Origin: Lama glama
Taxonomy: Eukaryota
Reading direction: 5' to 3'
Length of the DNA stretch: 64,000 nucleotides
Assembly (NCBI GenBank): GCA_028534125.1
Contig: CM052816.1
Span: 25,298,001 to 25,362,000 of the forward strand
This document shows positions 1 to 11,939 of the stretch, piece after piece. The position numbers and the translations under genes are program-made. Each line of letters starts with the position of its first letter. The stretch's first letter is position 1. The notes beneath the pieces are model-generated. The model was not told where the DNA came from. It saw only the letters and a program-made list of their open reading frames with translations, and made no database searches.

Positions 1-974
1 AAAAATTGCCTTAATCTGTGCTCCAATAACATAGTCTAAAAATACAAAGAACAGTGGGTGTGTGCTTCTCCAATCTCCAGCGAAAAAAACATCCAGAAGT
101 TCACAGAGCTCAACTGTTTTTCCAAGATGCCTGATTAGGAAAATCAATTAACTTGGCATAATGGGCCCTGTGGAGAAATTGCTTCATTTCTATGGACTGG
201 GAAGAAAAAATGTGAAAAACCTATGTTTTCTATTGCTGTACCCTTCCACAAAGCTATGAAAGCAAAAGAATAAAAAGAAAGATGCCTTATGGTGTCTCCA
301 CCTGGTTGAGCCTCAGCTACCATTGTGATCCCAACCTCTTTCCCATAGAATTCGGGTTTTCATATATAGTTTCTGGGCAGATTTTTACTCAGGGCTACCA
401 CTGTGTCTTAGGGTTCTGGCCTTCCAAGACTAGCTTCTAAATAGGATGTAATCTCTCCAAGTTACCCTTTCTTTGGAGATCTGGAAAATAAATAGACCTT
501 GACCTTTTTTTTTTTTCAGTTTCAGTTTTCATACTAATGTGGGCTGATGGCGTAAGGAGCAACAATGGCCAAAACAAACACAAATTATGGTGTTTCCAGA
601 AATTTTCCAACTTTGTCTTGGTGATAATCCCAGATACTGGGAGACTTTTGCTCCAGAGCATGAAGTTAATCAACTTTTGCTTTCCTTCAGTCCCTGGATC
701 TTCTCTAGATGATAAAGAGTACTTTGTTATTTCAAATATGGTTGATTCGTCAGAAAAGCCTGACAAAATTCAGTGTGAGAATAGGTGTGATCCATAGGAC
801 ATTTATATAAATCTGATCTTAGGAGGGTGATTTGCATTTCTAGAGCTTACAAGACTGACTCTCATCAGTTAAGTGCTTTCTGTTCTCCGGGTCCAAGGTC
901 ATAGTAGGGCATTTTCTCCCCATGAAAGTTCTGAACCATCTAAACAGAAGCTACAATCTGGATGTCTGTGATAC

Positions 975-1150
975 TGCTTGAATCTCAATCTTTGCTCCAC
1001 AGATACTGCATGAATAAGTTAATCTCTCTGCCTTCAAGTCTCATCTATAAAGGAGAGGTCATATTACCTACCTCCTAGGGACGCTGTGAGAAGTCAGTAA
1101 GTTAATAAGATAAAATAGCCCACAACTGTGCCTTTCACATTATATAATTA
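975..1150 (+). mobile_element. MIR SINE fragment
   Basis: MIR core: aagttaatctctctgccttcaagtctcatctataaaaggag...tacctacctcctagggacgctgtgag, followed by the MIR 3' part. Confidence 0.8.
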
Positions 1151-1202
1151 CTGTCATTGCCAGATTTATTTTGCAATGAAGTTGGGTTTGGCCTATATCA
1201 GT

Positions 1203-1586
1203 TTTTAATGGATGGAATTGTTTCCCCCTCAAAATTTGTATATTGAAGTCCTAACCCTCAGAACCTCAGCATGCGCCTGTATTTAGAGATAGGGTCTTTT
1301 AAGAGACAATTAAGTTATGAGATCATTAGGTTGGACCTTAGTCTGATATGACTGGTGTGCTTTAAGAAGAGATTAGGACACAGACAGAGAGGAAGAACAT
1401 GTGAGGACATAGGGAGAAGATGGACATCTCCAAGACGAGGAGAGAGGCCTCAGAAAAAACCAACGCAGCCAGCACTTTGAGCTCCAATGTCTAGCTTTCA
1501 GAACTGTGAGAAAGTAAATTTCTCTTGTTTAGAAGACGAAACAAAATTTATGGTACCTTGTTTGGCAGCCCTAGGAAACTAATACA
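1203..1586 (+). mobile_element. MaLR solo LTR, MLT1B-like
   Basis: aattgtttccccctcaaaatttgtatattgaagtcctaacc...cagaactgtgagaaagtaaatttct...gcagccctaggaaactaataca is colinear with the MLT1B consensus as I recall it; ends in CA. Confidence 0.85.
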
Positions 1587-2058
1587 AATGGACTTTAAAA
1601 ATTGAAATTTTCTGATAAAAATTCTTCTTTGGAGACTCTCTTGAAAATCAAGAGATCTTACAAGGGTGGACCCCCCCTCAGCTACATGGAAACAATACAT
1701 GGCAGTTGAATGAAAGATACTGTTCTTGTAGAGAGAGGATGGATTATCCAGTTGACCCCAAGACCATCATTTCCCATTTTCTCACATCCAATCCCTGACC
1801 CCATTGGTATTTATGGCACCTGATCTAAAGGTCTAGTTCCTTTTGGGTTATTATTAATATTGGTTCTATTTATCTGGAGTTATCTAGACAGTCCCTAGTG
1901 TAGACTTTCTCCTGTCCTGACACCCCGGGAAAACCTTCATAGGGATGACAGCACACCATTGGTGGGTTTGGGGTTGTTCACAGGTAGTTTCCCCTGTAAT
2001 TCTGCTGCCTTCTCTCCTACCCAGTATAAGCAGTAAAATACACATTTTAAGTTATGTC

Positions 2059-2084
2059 GTGTGTGTGTGTGTGTGTGTGTGTGT
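2059..2084. repeat. (GT)13 microsatellite
   Basis: Read directly. Confidence 0.98.
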
Positions 2085-2973
2085 TGTGACCCCATGTTTA
2101 AGAATGACTTTCAGTAGGACAGAAGACATTCCAGTTTTAAAACGAATTTGGATATCATGAAGCCATAGCCTTCATTTTCTTGATTTTGGCTGGAAACTCA
2201 TGCGTTTTCTCACAAGATGTGCATTGCCACATCATTCTGAAAAGCACCGTCATTTCTGAGATACCAATGGAAAGCCCTCTGTGACGTGGCCAACCGGCGA
2301 GACTTTGCCGTAACCCCATGCCATGCCAAGCACTCTGTAATGAGGACCATTCCTTCTTGCAGGCATTTCTTTTCATGGGTTGCCACAACCACTAGAAGCA
2401 CGGTTCATGTCTACTGCTGGCTGGTCAAAGAAATAGTGTCGGTTTTTTAATAACAGGCTGTAAGCAATTGTAAGTGAAAGGCAAGGAGGGAGAAAGAGAT
2501 GCATGCCCAGAGTTATTTCAATAGGCAAGTTCCAAAGTCTTCTAAGGTTAACTCTGCCTAATTAATAACAGTACCAAATGGGGCCAAAAGCATGAAGTCT
2601 GCAAACGGCTAATAATAAGGGCTAGACTGATATGCCCCACTTTCCATGTATGTTCATAGCTCTGACTGCAAAATGTAATTGAAGTAAATGGGATTTTCTA
2701 CTTATTCTTTAATGTCGAAGAGTGTTTGCTATTCTCTTTTCTTACCTCAAAGAACCTCAATTAATTGCAGCAAATCTTATACCGGTGGTATCACCGCTAG
2801 AACGCTTGAGGGCATTTACAGAAGAAGAGGGAGACACAGTCCTATGCTTATGTTCAGCGCACATTTATCTCTTTGTAGTTGTAGCTGATGAACCCTAACT
2901 ATTGGGTTGGGGAGGAGGAGAGGGGATTGTTGTTTCTAACTACTCATGCTCAAGAAAACTGAGGCTTTCCATT

Positions 2974-3057
2974 CTTTCTTTTAAAAGCTTAAATTCAAAT
3001 CATTTCTTAAGTACCCTTTCTTTTAAAAGCTTAAATTCAAATCATTTCTTAAGTACC
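2974..3057. repeat. Perfect 42-bp tandem duplication
   Basis: ctttcttttaaaagcttaaattcaaatcatttcttaagtacc at 2974-3015 and 3016-3057, with no mismatches. Confidence 0.98.
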
Positions 3058-3479
3058 GTGACCCTTGAATGAAAACAGCCAATAAGATAGGATCTGAAAG
3101 AGTAAGACAGATTTTAGGAAGAAGGGATTTTTTTTTTCCTTGGGCTTTGCTTTCCCAGTCTTGAATTAATCACAGCTGTCTTTCACCAGCAAAGGTTATT
3201 TTTATCTAGCATGCTTTAAATTAAAAAAAAAAACAACCACCACAAAGGGAGCAATCTGATGTTCTTCAAGCTTCCCTAACCTGCCACAGAAAAAGAGGGA
3301 AGCATTAGCTCTGTGCAGCTAAGAATCCAGCTTTTAATTATATCTTCCTCGTGTTTACATGAACTTGAGTTTGCATTTCAGAAGCCTTATGGAAGGATTC
3401 CTGTGGCTGACCCAAGAGTGGTGGGGAATTTCTCCATCAAGTGAGTATTGATGAGCTGCAAAGTTCAGTGAACAGGAAA

Positions 3480-3960
3480 ATTCTGCTCCTTTTATTGCCA
3501 GTGTGACAGGTTACTTTATTACCATGCCTTTCACAGCAATTTAACAGTTACCCTGGTAACGGATTCAGTGAGGTAATGGGATCACAGGCATTAGAGCAGC
3601 GGCAGGCTGGCCGCTTGGAGCAGCCATCTGCTGGCTGCCGTTCCGAAGCCTGTCTTCCTGGAGGAGCCCTGACAATCATGGGGCCTGCATGGCAATGAGG
3701 CAGGTGAAACCGCAGGCCTGCCCTATTTAGCTGTACTCTGGTGATTTGTCTCTCTAATTCTATTGAAATAATAATCAGGATTTGTTTCTGATTAATTAAC
3801 TAACCTTTTGGTAAAAAGATTAGATAACGAAATTGCTGCCTATTCAGAGATAATGAGATTTTTATTACTCTGTCAAAAGAAAAAAGTACATTTATGTGTC
3901 ACCAGCCCCTGTGTCAAAAGGAGGGGGAAGAAAAGATCTTAAGTCTTTGTCAGATGTGTG
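3480..3960. promoter_or_regulatory. Candidate enhancer (MEIS/TALE, posterior HOX/CDX and RFX motifs)
   Basis: Repeat-free. Six TGACA/TGTCA sites; TTTATTGC at 3491; TTTATTAC at 3515 and 3861; palindromic X-box GTTACCCTGGTAAC at 3547-3560. Confidence 0.5.
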
Positions 3961-4239
3961 TCTCCTCAGCAGAGGAAGGGTGGGCTTCCTTTTGCAGGAA
4001 CTCCCCAGGCTGATTTGAAGCCTGTAGGAAAAGCTTTTAAAACAGCAAACAAAGCAATAAACACATTTAGGCCAGTAGGCTTTGGGGGAGGGTGCTAATT
4101 TGTTTTAAAATGTCTCCTAATGGAAGAGAAATGCTTGGGTGTCTCAGGAACTTGCTTGTACCGTGTGGGTGTATTTATGTAAGTGTGAGAGTGTGAAGAA
4201 AGCAGTAAAATCTCCTTGCAAGGCTTTAGAATGACATAT

Positions 4240-4960
4240 GTAGACAGGCTGCGTTTCCCCTGCACTGCCGATATGTCTCTGGCTCGCAGTCCATTTGTCT
4301 TCTGGCAGGAGTTGTACTCGGGCGATGGGCAGGGAAATCAGCCGAGCTTAGCAGGCAGGCTGGGGAGGTCACCTGTGACTGTCACAGGTAGGCTGCGTCA
4401 GGAAATGAATTATTCTAACTGGCTGAGTAAAAAGGGAAGCAGCCCTTCTTCCTGCTTCACTCTAAGACACACAGCTGGTCGATTTAACCTTTTCTCTTAA
4501 GAAGTCACAGCTCAATCCTTTATTAGGGGGAACGGGGGGACTTTCATTTTCTCACTCCTCTGTGGTTTCTTTCAATGTTGTGATATGAAAACAAAACAAA
4601 ACAAAACAAAAAAACAAAAACAAAGCAACCCAGGAAAAGTGCTTCCCTTGGATAGAGAGATGCCAAACGAGTCCAGTGGCCTGTGTGCAGCAGTCAGCAT
4701 CATAGGGAAGAAAGCACAGAGTATTTCCAAATGGAATTTCACAGAGCTACAATGGTGTTTTAATTACTGAGACCTGGGGAGGAAACAGAGTGCGTGTCTC
4801 TTCCTGCGATGCCGTAAAACCGACTAGTGGGAGGGGGGCCAGGCCATGGGCTGGGACCCAGCTGAGCATTTTGTTAAAGTGTATTTGTGTCACTGCCTTT
4901 TCACATTCAGTGAGACACTTATGCTTCCTGTGACATCCTGCGGCCTTGGCTGCCTCACTG
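4240..4960. promoter_or_regulatory. Candidate CpG-retaining regulatory element
   Basis: Higher GC and CpG than the flanks; palindrome at 4371-4389; TGCGTCA overlapping CAGGAAAT at 4394-4406. Confidence 0.35.
4587..4625. repeat. (AAAAC)n simple repeat
   Basis: Read directly. Confidence 0.9.
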
Positions 4961-6134
4961 TGTGTGTATGAACAGGAAAAGATTTTGAGTTCTAAAAATA
5001 GAAGTTTCTGTTCTGAATTTCATACGGTTCACAGACAAGTTGAAGGAGACCGAAAAAAAAAAAAAAAAAACAGTGAAGGGGATCAGATGTGCACATTCCA
5101 GAGCCTACGTCCCAGTTCTGGGGTCCCCAGTCTCCATCCCCCTCTTTATTCTCAGTTCCTCCTGCACCTCCAGTTGCCAGCTCATGGGCTCCATTTCTGA
5201 TAAAAGATGCTTGACAAAGAAAGAGAAGTAAGACCTTAGAAAGGAGAAGGCTGCTGCTGGTGGGGATTTCTGATAGTTCATTACCAATAGCTTTTTACAG
5301 GAACTTGATCTTGTTGGCCCTTTGCCAACTGAAAGGAATGAACATGGCGGGGGTGGGGAGCCTTTGTCTTCAAACTCCCGGTGAAATACAGGGTTAATAT
5401 TAGCAATTATTATTAAAATTAGCCAAATGTTATTAAATGATCTTTGTATAGAAGAATAAGTATAGTTTTCCCTTTGGCAGACAATGACATCTGCAGCTCT
5501 ACATTTTCATGAAATGACTACACTTAAACACATTACTTCATTTTCATGGTATTTCTTTTGTGCCTAGGAGCAACCCTGTAATTGTTCACTTCAATTACAA
5601 CATTACTATTTTAAACTGAAACCCATTTTATCTGCATGCCAGCTTTTTATTTGTTTTACCAACTATATCTATTTCCATTACTGCAAGGCTGATGGTTTGT
5701 CTCAAGAGGAAATCAAATCCATTAATTCAGAAATTTCAAGCCCGACTAGCTCTGCCATAAGCAGCATTTCTTATGCTAATAGCAAATGTGCTGAGACTGA
5801 AAGGAACTGACATGGCCCTGTTTTTTATCATAACTTAAGCATTTATGTAAGAAGGCAAATCTAATAGTACTAGGAAACTGTAAGTGTTATTATATATAAT
5901 TCACTTTCCTGAGATCTGGACCAGGCTCTGGTTTGTGTAGCCATGGTTTAAATCAGGCTGCCACGAGACTTTAACTTACCTGACTTTTCCTATTTAGCCA
6001 ACATACGGCTTCACAACAGATACATCTAGCATGAAACTAGATTTGTGGTTTTATTTTTTTAATCTCAACTTTTTTCTTTTCCCTTGAAAGAGATACTGTT
6101 ATCAATGCAGGAATAAAATAATAATTTAAAAAAT

Positions 6135-6293
6135 CTTAATTGAGGTATAGTCGAGTTACAGTGTGTTTGTTTCTGGTGTACATCATAGTGATTCAATTAT
6201 ATGTATATTCTTTTTCATGTTTGTTTTCATTATAGGTTAATACAAGATGTTGAATATAGTTCCCTATGCTATGTATTAGAACCTTGTTGTTTA
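6135..6293 (-). mobile_element. L1 extreme 3' end, cetartiodactyl-type 3'UTR
   Basis: ttaattgaggtatag...gtttctggtgtacatcatagtgattca...tacaagatgttgaatatagttccctatgctat...ccttgttgttta. Confidence 0.8.
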
Positions 6294-6799
6294 AAAAATA
6301 ATCATTTTGTATTCAAGTGATGTTTGAAACTTATCCCTATAACAGCACTAGCCTGAGACGAACCTGGTCCCATTCTGCTTCCTTTTTAATGCATACTGTT
6401 TAGGTCCTATCACATAGTTTGTGTTCAGTTAGATAGCTTGACTCGATAAAATCTGACTCTGACCCAGAAAAAATAAAAAAGAGAGACAGAGAGAGATTGC
6501 TCCTGACTTCTGCATAAACCTTTGCAGGCACTGTGACCTGTTTATGTCAATGGTAAAGTGTAAGAGATTACTATCACAGAACCACATCATCTTCTGGGAT
6601 CTAAAAAATACAGAAAGCTCTTGAGGACCCTGGCCCTCCTTTGTCACCAGAAAGCCCTTCAGTGCTGTAAATCAGTCCTCATTGGGAGCTCTTATATACC
6701 AGCCGTCACCGATAAGCTTGGGAGAAGTAGACAAGGCTTTTAGGAATTGCTGAAGCATGAAGTTGACCTGCTTAGGGTTTTGTTGTAGGCTATTAAATC

Positions 6800-7560
6800 C
6801 AGGATGGCCGTTTTTTAAGATGATTCCGCTTTCTTCCTCCTTCGGCCTGGTTAAGCAACTCTACCCCCAGCTCATTATTGGGCTGATTAAAAAAATAAGA
6901 ATGGAACAACCTGCTATTTGAGAATACTACCTTCACACATCAATTTAATGAGAGTGACTTATGCTCACGTAGTTTATGGGCTCAAGCAAATTGACACTAA
7001 TTTTGCAGCTAAGAAAAGATTTACTGACTGTACATACTGCTCTGCTTTTGTTGGCATGGGTACCATGACTCTTTTCTCCAAAAACAAACCCCAAATCTTT
7101 TGTAAACATGCATGATTTGGTTAACACATTGTAAATGGATCCCAGTTGTGCCGCACAAGCGCTCTTCACTATTATGTAAACAATTATTCACTGAAAGGCT
7201 TTCTTTAAATTGTAAATGAATATATTTCAGCTGTAATGTTGCTTTTCAGACCTGCCCGGTGGTATAAATCTGGTCGTTTGTTTTTTGCACTCTGCCTATT
7301 ACTAACCAGTTAGAAATGTGCTGATTATTTGCACAAGCCTTTCACACTGCGAGCGCAGTTAAATTGCTGTTTTATTTTTCCTGTGTTTGATGAGTGTTAA
7401 CAAGAGCACCATTTGAGGAAACCTAAACCAAATACAGCTCTTTAATTGGGGCTGGGGGTGTTTGGGAAAAGCCACCCGGTGAGTAATTCTACTGTTTAAT
7501 GTTTGAAAGTTCACTCACCCCATCATAGGACTTATGGCAAGATTAATTAAAGGGGGTTGA
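6800..7560. promoter_or_regulatory. Candidate conserved non-coding element with forkhead motifs
   Basis: TGTAAACA at 7101 and 7175; TTATGTAA at 7172; several retained CpGs; no recognisable repeat. Confidence 0.4.
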
Positions 7561-8074
7561 GAAAAATTCAGTGCCTTGCTCAAGCAACAAAAGTGGCTTG
7601 AGATATGGTGCATCCAGTGATGGGGGAATTGATTACTTAGTGCAATGTCTAATTTCCAACTCTGTCTTTTCAATGCCTGCATTGCCAAACAGCTCAATGT
7701 TTGGGTTAGGTGATTCTGCATTCTGTATCCCTCAAAGAAAGCAAACTTTGGAGAGAAAACAATGTGGTGCTTTCACTGGGCACATGATTTGGCTTTGAAG
7801 GGTCTGGCCAGGAACTGATGAAAGTTCCAGCTGACGCAAAGAGATTTGTCATCATCATCATTTTTTTTTTCCCTAAACAGTCAATGATTCATTTTAAAGG
7901 TTTCTCCACCCCTTGCAGTTTAATGGCATTTCAGTAATGTGCTGATCTGCAAAGCTCTGGAGACAAAAACATGATGACCTCAGATGGGCTCCTTCATGTA
8001 AACCAGAATAAGTGTTGTGAGTTTATCGAGCTCCTATACTGCCATTGCCTGAGATCGTGCTAACCTAGCATTAA

Positions 8075-8238
8075 GCCTTGGATAATGGAAAATGCCCCAG
8101 GTTCTATCCCTGGATTTGTCTCTACCTGGCTCAGTGACTGTGGGCACTCATTTGTAACCTCTGTGAGCCTAATCTATGATATGACGGACTGGGGCAGCAT
8201 GATCATTATTATTCTTCAAAAACTAAAATTCTGGGATG
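8075..8238 (+). mobile_element. MIR3-like SINE
   Basis: Core gtgactgtgggcactcatttgtaacctctgtgagcct plus an L3-type tail ctaaaattctgggat. Confidence 0.65.
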
Positions 8239-8666
8239 CCCGAGACACATAATTCTAACTGCTTTTTTGCATCCATAAATACGAGGGAGACTCAACAGTC
8301 AAAATATATGGTATTTATTAGATAACAGTATGAGGCTCTTTATTGTCCTATTGAACATTAAAAAGGAAATCGGTTTTCTTGTTACTGCGAATTCTGTAGT
8401 GTTAAAGTAGGATAGGTGCGCTTCTTCAGTATGCATTCTTCAAAGCCTTAAATGCCGATATTATCCTTGAGGAAACCACATGAATCATATGTTTTAGATC
8501 TAAAATAGTTTGTACTTGTATTGTTTCCAGTTTCTTTAATAAACTTTCTCCTCTAGTTATCAGGATTCAAACTACCTTTTTCTTTTCTATGTTCAGTGTA
8601 AATGAAAGAATGAAATGTGCACATCAGTATGCACCTGTGAAAATAAAGATAGGAGACTTCCCCGAA

Positions 8667-8703
8667 TATCTTGAGAAGAGAAGAATTTTCTCTTCTCAAG
8701 ATA
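8667..8703. repeat. Perfect 16-bp inverted repeat with 5-nt spacer
   Basis: tatcttgagaagagaa-gaatt-ttctcttctcaagata. Confidence 0.97.
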
Positions 8704-9724
8704 CTGATTCAAGTTATCACTCATGACATATTGGAGCCATAAGACTTGTGTACAAAAACCCATTTAAAAGCCATTATTATCAGCTTTATTATAATGGCAA
8801 GGATAGGATTTAGTCCATTCTTTTGCTGTACTAAACACAGCTTTCTAAATAGTTCTATACCATTTCTCTTACTCACTATGTGTTCTGGTGCAGTTCCACA
8901 GAGGAAATGAAATTATTTTTGAATTACATGTTTCAGTTAGAAAAACACTTTGAAATTGTTAAAATATGTAGTTTTTAGCTAGTCTTGAATCCAGATACTT
9001 GGTTCATTTTAAAATTTAGATGTTAGACCAAATTCAAGTAGTAGCAATGCCTCCTTTTATCAGCTTTCCCGTCTACCATGCCTTTTGTTTGGTACTTCCT
9101 AGAAGAATATTTATTTTATTACTCACTACTTTACTGTTTTCTTTGCCCACTTCTGACCCTGTTCAGGCAGACAATTGGCTGTCCTCATTTTACTTTTCAG
9201 CTCTCCACTTTATAACACAGTATCCAGGAATACCCCATTTAAAAGAGGGAACCACTGGTCTCAAGCCAAATGCGTAGAGTATTGATAAAGTCAGTTTGGA
9301 GCTGAAATGTTATACAGAGCAGCTGACTGTGGCCTTCTTAACGTATCAAGGAAGGAAAGGTATCTCTAGCCTCTCTTGAGGTCTTGGCTGTTTACACAAA
9401 GACAGACTTGTATCAAGCAAATTCATGTTTGTTGTAATAAATGGTCACCTGAAAGGTTTCAAGTAAATTCTATTTTTATGCTAAGTGAATTAAAAAAATT
9501 CAAATATTTTACTATATAGTCCAGCTATGCCTGTGTTGAGACTTTCCTGCTATTGTCAACTAGCCAACATAATCTAAATGGAAATTATTCTGTACCATGT
9601 TCCTGAGTAGATAGAAGTTCCCCCCTTGCCATGACTTGAATCTCAAAGGATGTCCAGCTACTTACAAATTTTTTAAGATAAAGGTCCTAGAGCCTTGATT
9701 GATATGTCCCTCTTCACTTGCTTA

Positions 9725-9830
9725 ACCTCTGAACACTTTGAAGGTAGGGAATTTACCTTCCTCATCTTTCTAATCTGAGATTTAGCACAATGCCTCACAT
9801 TGAGTTAGCATTCAGCAGATGTTTGTTGAC
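9725..9830 (+). mobile_element. L2 LINE 3' end
   Basis: ctttgaaggtaggga...ttagcacaatgcctcacattgagttagcattcagcagatgtttgttga. Confidence 0.7.
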
Positions 9831-10819
9831 CTAAGTAATTATGACATCGTGAACATTCATTCTTCCCTGTAAGGTGGTAAATACAAGTCATGTAATCATC
9901 AATGCAGATATTTTACATGTGTAGGAAATGTTGATTTCTACTTACAGAATGCCCTATTTGTGAATTTACTTGCACCTAGACACAGGTTCAGAGGCTAAAA
10001 TGTCATTCATATTGCAAAAATGAAGGCTTCTCAAAAATACAATTAAAATAATACATCTATTTGAGTTAAATCAATAAGGCAGGGGGAGAAAGGAAGATGA
10101 TAAGGCACAAACAAATGAATCTCAGAAGCAGTACCAGTAGGAGAGTTCCAGTCTTGAAAATGTCTTTGTGTCATTATGGACCCAGAATGTGATTTTTCTG
10201 CATAAACTTGTACAAGAGCCTGTAGCTACCCTTCTGCTTTTAGACTTGTTGGTGTGAGGGCTTATAATTTAATGATCACTCATTTAAATAGCAGTAGGAA
10301 GAGAATAACTTAGTAACCATTGTCATATATTATTTCTCTCTTCTTAAACATGCATATATTTTTTCTGGTAAAAATACTAAATCTCCTTTGAAAAAGAGAA
10401 CTGAACATGCCATTCTTTCAAATGCAGTCTGACACCAAGCCCAGACAGAGGTAGTCAGGAGAGGCTACCCTGCAGATCGATGCTCCAGCTCTGCTGATTC
10501 TTGAAGAAGAGAATTTAACCTGGAGAAAGGAAGCAAGATTCATTTCAGGCAGGGGGAAGAGCATATGTTGTTCCATAGCTTTGAGTTTAAATCACATCAC
10601 ATTAGGAATGCCTTTCCTGACTACAATCCAAATATTATTTATATTTTATAGAAACTTAATTAATAATTTAGGAAAATTCTCTACCTACTCTTTCAAAAAA
10701 GTATTTGCTTTTTTAAAACAAAAATTTGAGATTTATGAGACAAATAATTAAACAGTTATTCAGTAGCTCAAGTTGACCTTGTTAATTTTAACTTCTGAGA
10801 ATATTTAATCTTGTTTCTT

Positions 10820-10955
10820 TGTTCATCTAGTCAATAAAATTTTATTGAGTCTATGAACACCTTCTGTAATAACTATGATAGCTACAGGGGATACAGAGGT
10901 GAAAAAACAGAAAGAAAAACAAATGTGGCCTCATGCTCTCATGATGCTTAAAGAT
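10820..10955 (-). mobile_element. L2 LINE 3' end
   Basis: caataaaattttattgag...ggggatacagaggtgaaaaaacag...tgctctcatgatgctta. Confidence 0.65.
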
Positions 10956-11021
10956 TTTTGAGGCCGTCTCTTTATTCATCATGAAAAGCGAATGGTTCTA
11001 GAAGAAAATCTCCAGAAAGTG

Positions 11022-11489
11022 GGTGCTCATTTATTACTTTTTTTCTGAATAACAAATTACCACGAAACTCAGTACCTCAAAGCAACAACGATCATTATCT
11101 CACAGTTTCTTGGAGCCAGGAATTTTGGAGCAGCTTTGCTGAGCTGTTCTGTTTCAGGGTCTCACAAGATTTCAGTCAGATGTCAGCTGGACTGCCATTT
11201 TCTGAAAGTTAAAGAGGGCTGTAAGATCTGCTTCCAAGTTCTCACACATGGCTGTTGGTGGGAAGCCTCAGCTCCTGTCACCAGGATTCTTGAGTGACCT
11301 CATAGCATGGTACTGGTTTCCCTCTGAACACATTCTAACTTGGCATCCAGCAGGCCAAGTTAGAAGCTACAATTCCTTTTATAACCTAGTTTTCTGAGGC
11401 TACAGTGTTCCACTAATAAGCCTTGATTCATTATGGGAGGGGACCACACTGAAAACCATCAGAGGTCACCTTGGAGGTTGGCTATGACA
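11022..11489 (-). mobile_element. MaLR solo LTR (MLT1F/G-like)
   Basis: ataacaaattaccacgaaactcag...attatctcacagtttct...ccttggaggttggctatgaca. Confidence 0.8.
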
Positions 11490-11939
11490 ATAACTAATCA
11501 TTTGTTTAGAAAATTTTCACATCTCTGAGTCTAGTTTGTAACATAGTCATCATTTCAAAAACTCTTAACTTAGTTCACCAATCAATTCAAGTTAACAGCT
11601 CTTTTACTTAGAATCTGTTAAGTTTAAGGAATAAATTTTCAGAGAATGTTGGCCTTTTGTTTCTTTTCAGTAAAATGACCATCCTTAGTACTTTGAAACT
11701 ATTATTCTCAGTCAGAAAGCCATGGTCTGGAGTGAGCTTTGTCTCTGTTCTTCGTGAGGCATAAGGGTTCCAATAAAGTGCTGGCACAGTTACGTGAACA
11801 GTGGTGTATTCTTCCCAAGTATTGAAAATTCTAACCCATCAAGGAATCATTTCAGCTCTTTCATCTGTTTTGTATACTGAAATTCTGAGTGAGATTTCAA
11901 ATTTTCAAAATTTCTGTTGCAAAAAAAAAAGTTCAAAGC

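Noticed and set aside
437..797. Overlapping ORFs of 109 and 86 aa
   Set aside because: No recognisable domain; one runs through a poly-T tract; lengths are as expected by chance.
4366..4381. Possible oestrogen response element AGGTCA...TGACT
   Set aside because: Spacer is 4 nt rather than 3 and the second half-site is imperfect.
8667..8703. Hairpin as a pre-miRNA or intrinsic terminator
   Set aside because: 37 nt is too short for a pre-miRNA, no known mature miRNA is recognised, and the context is eukaryotic.
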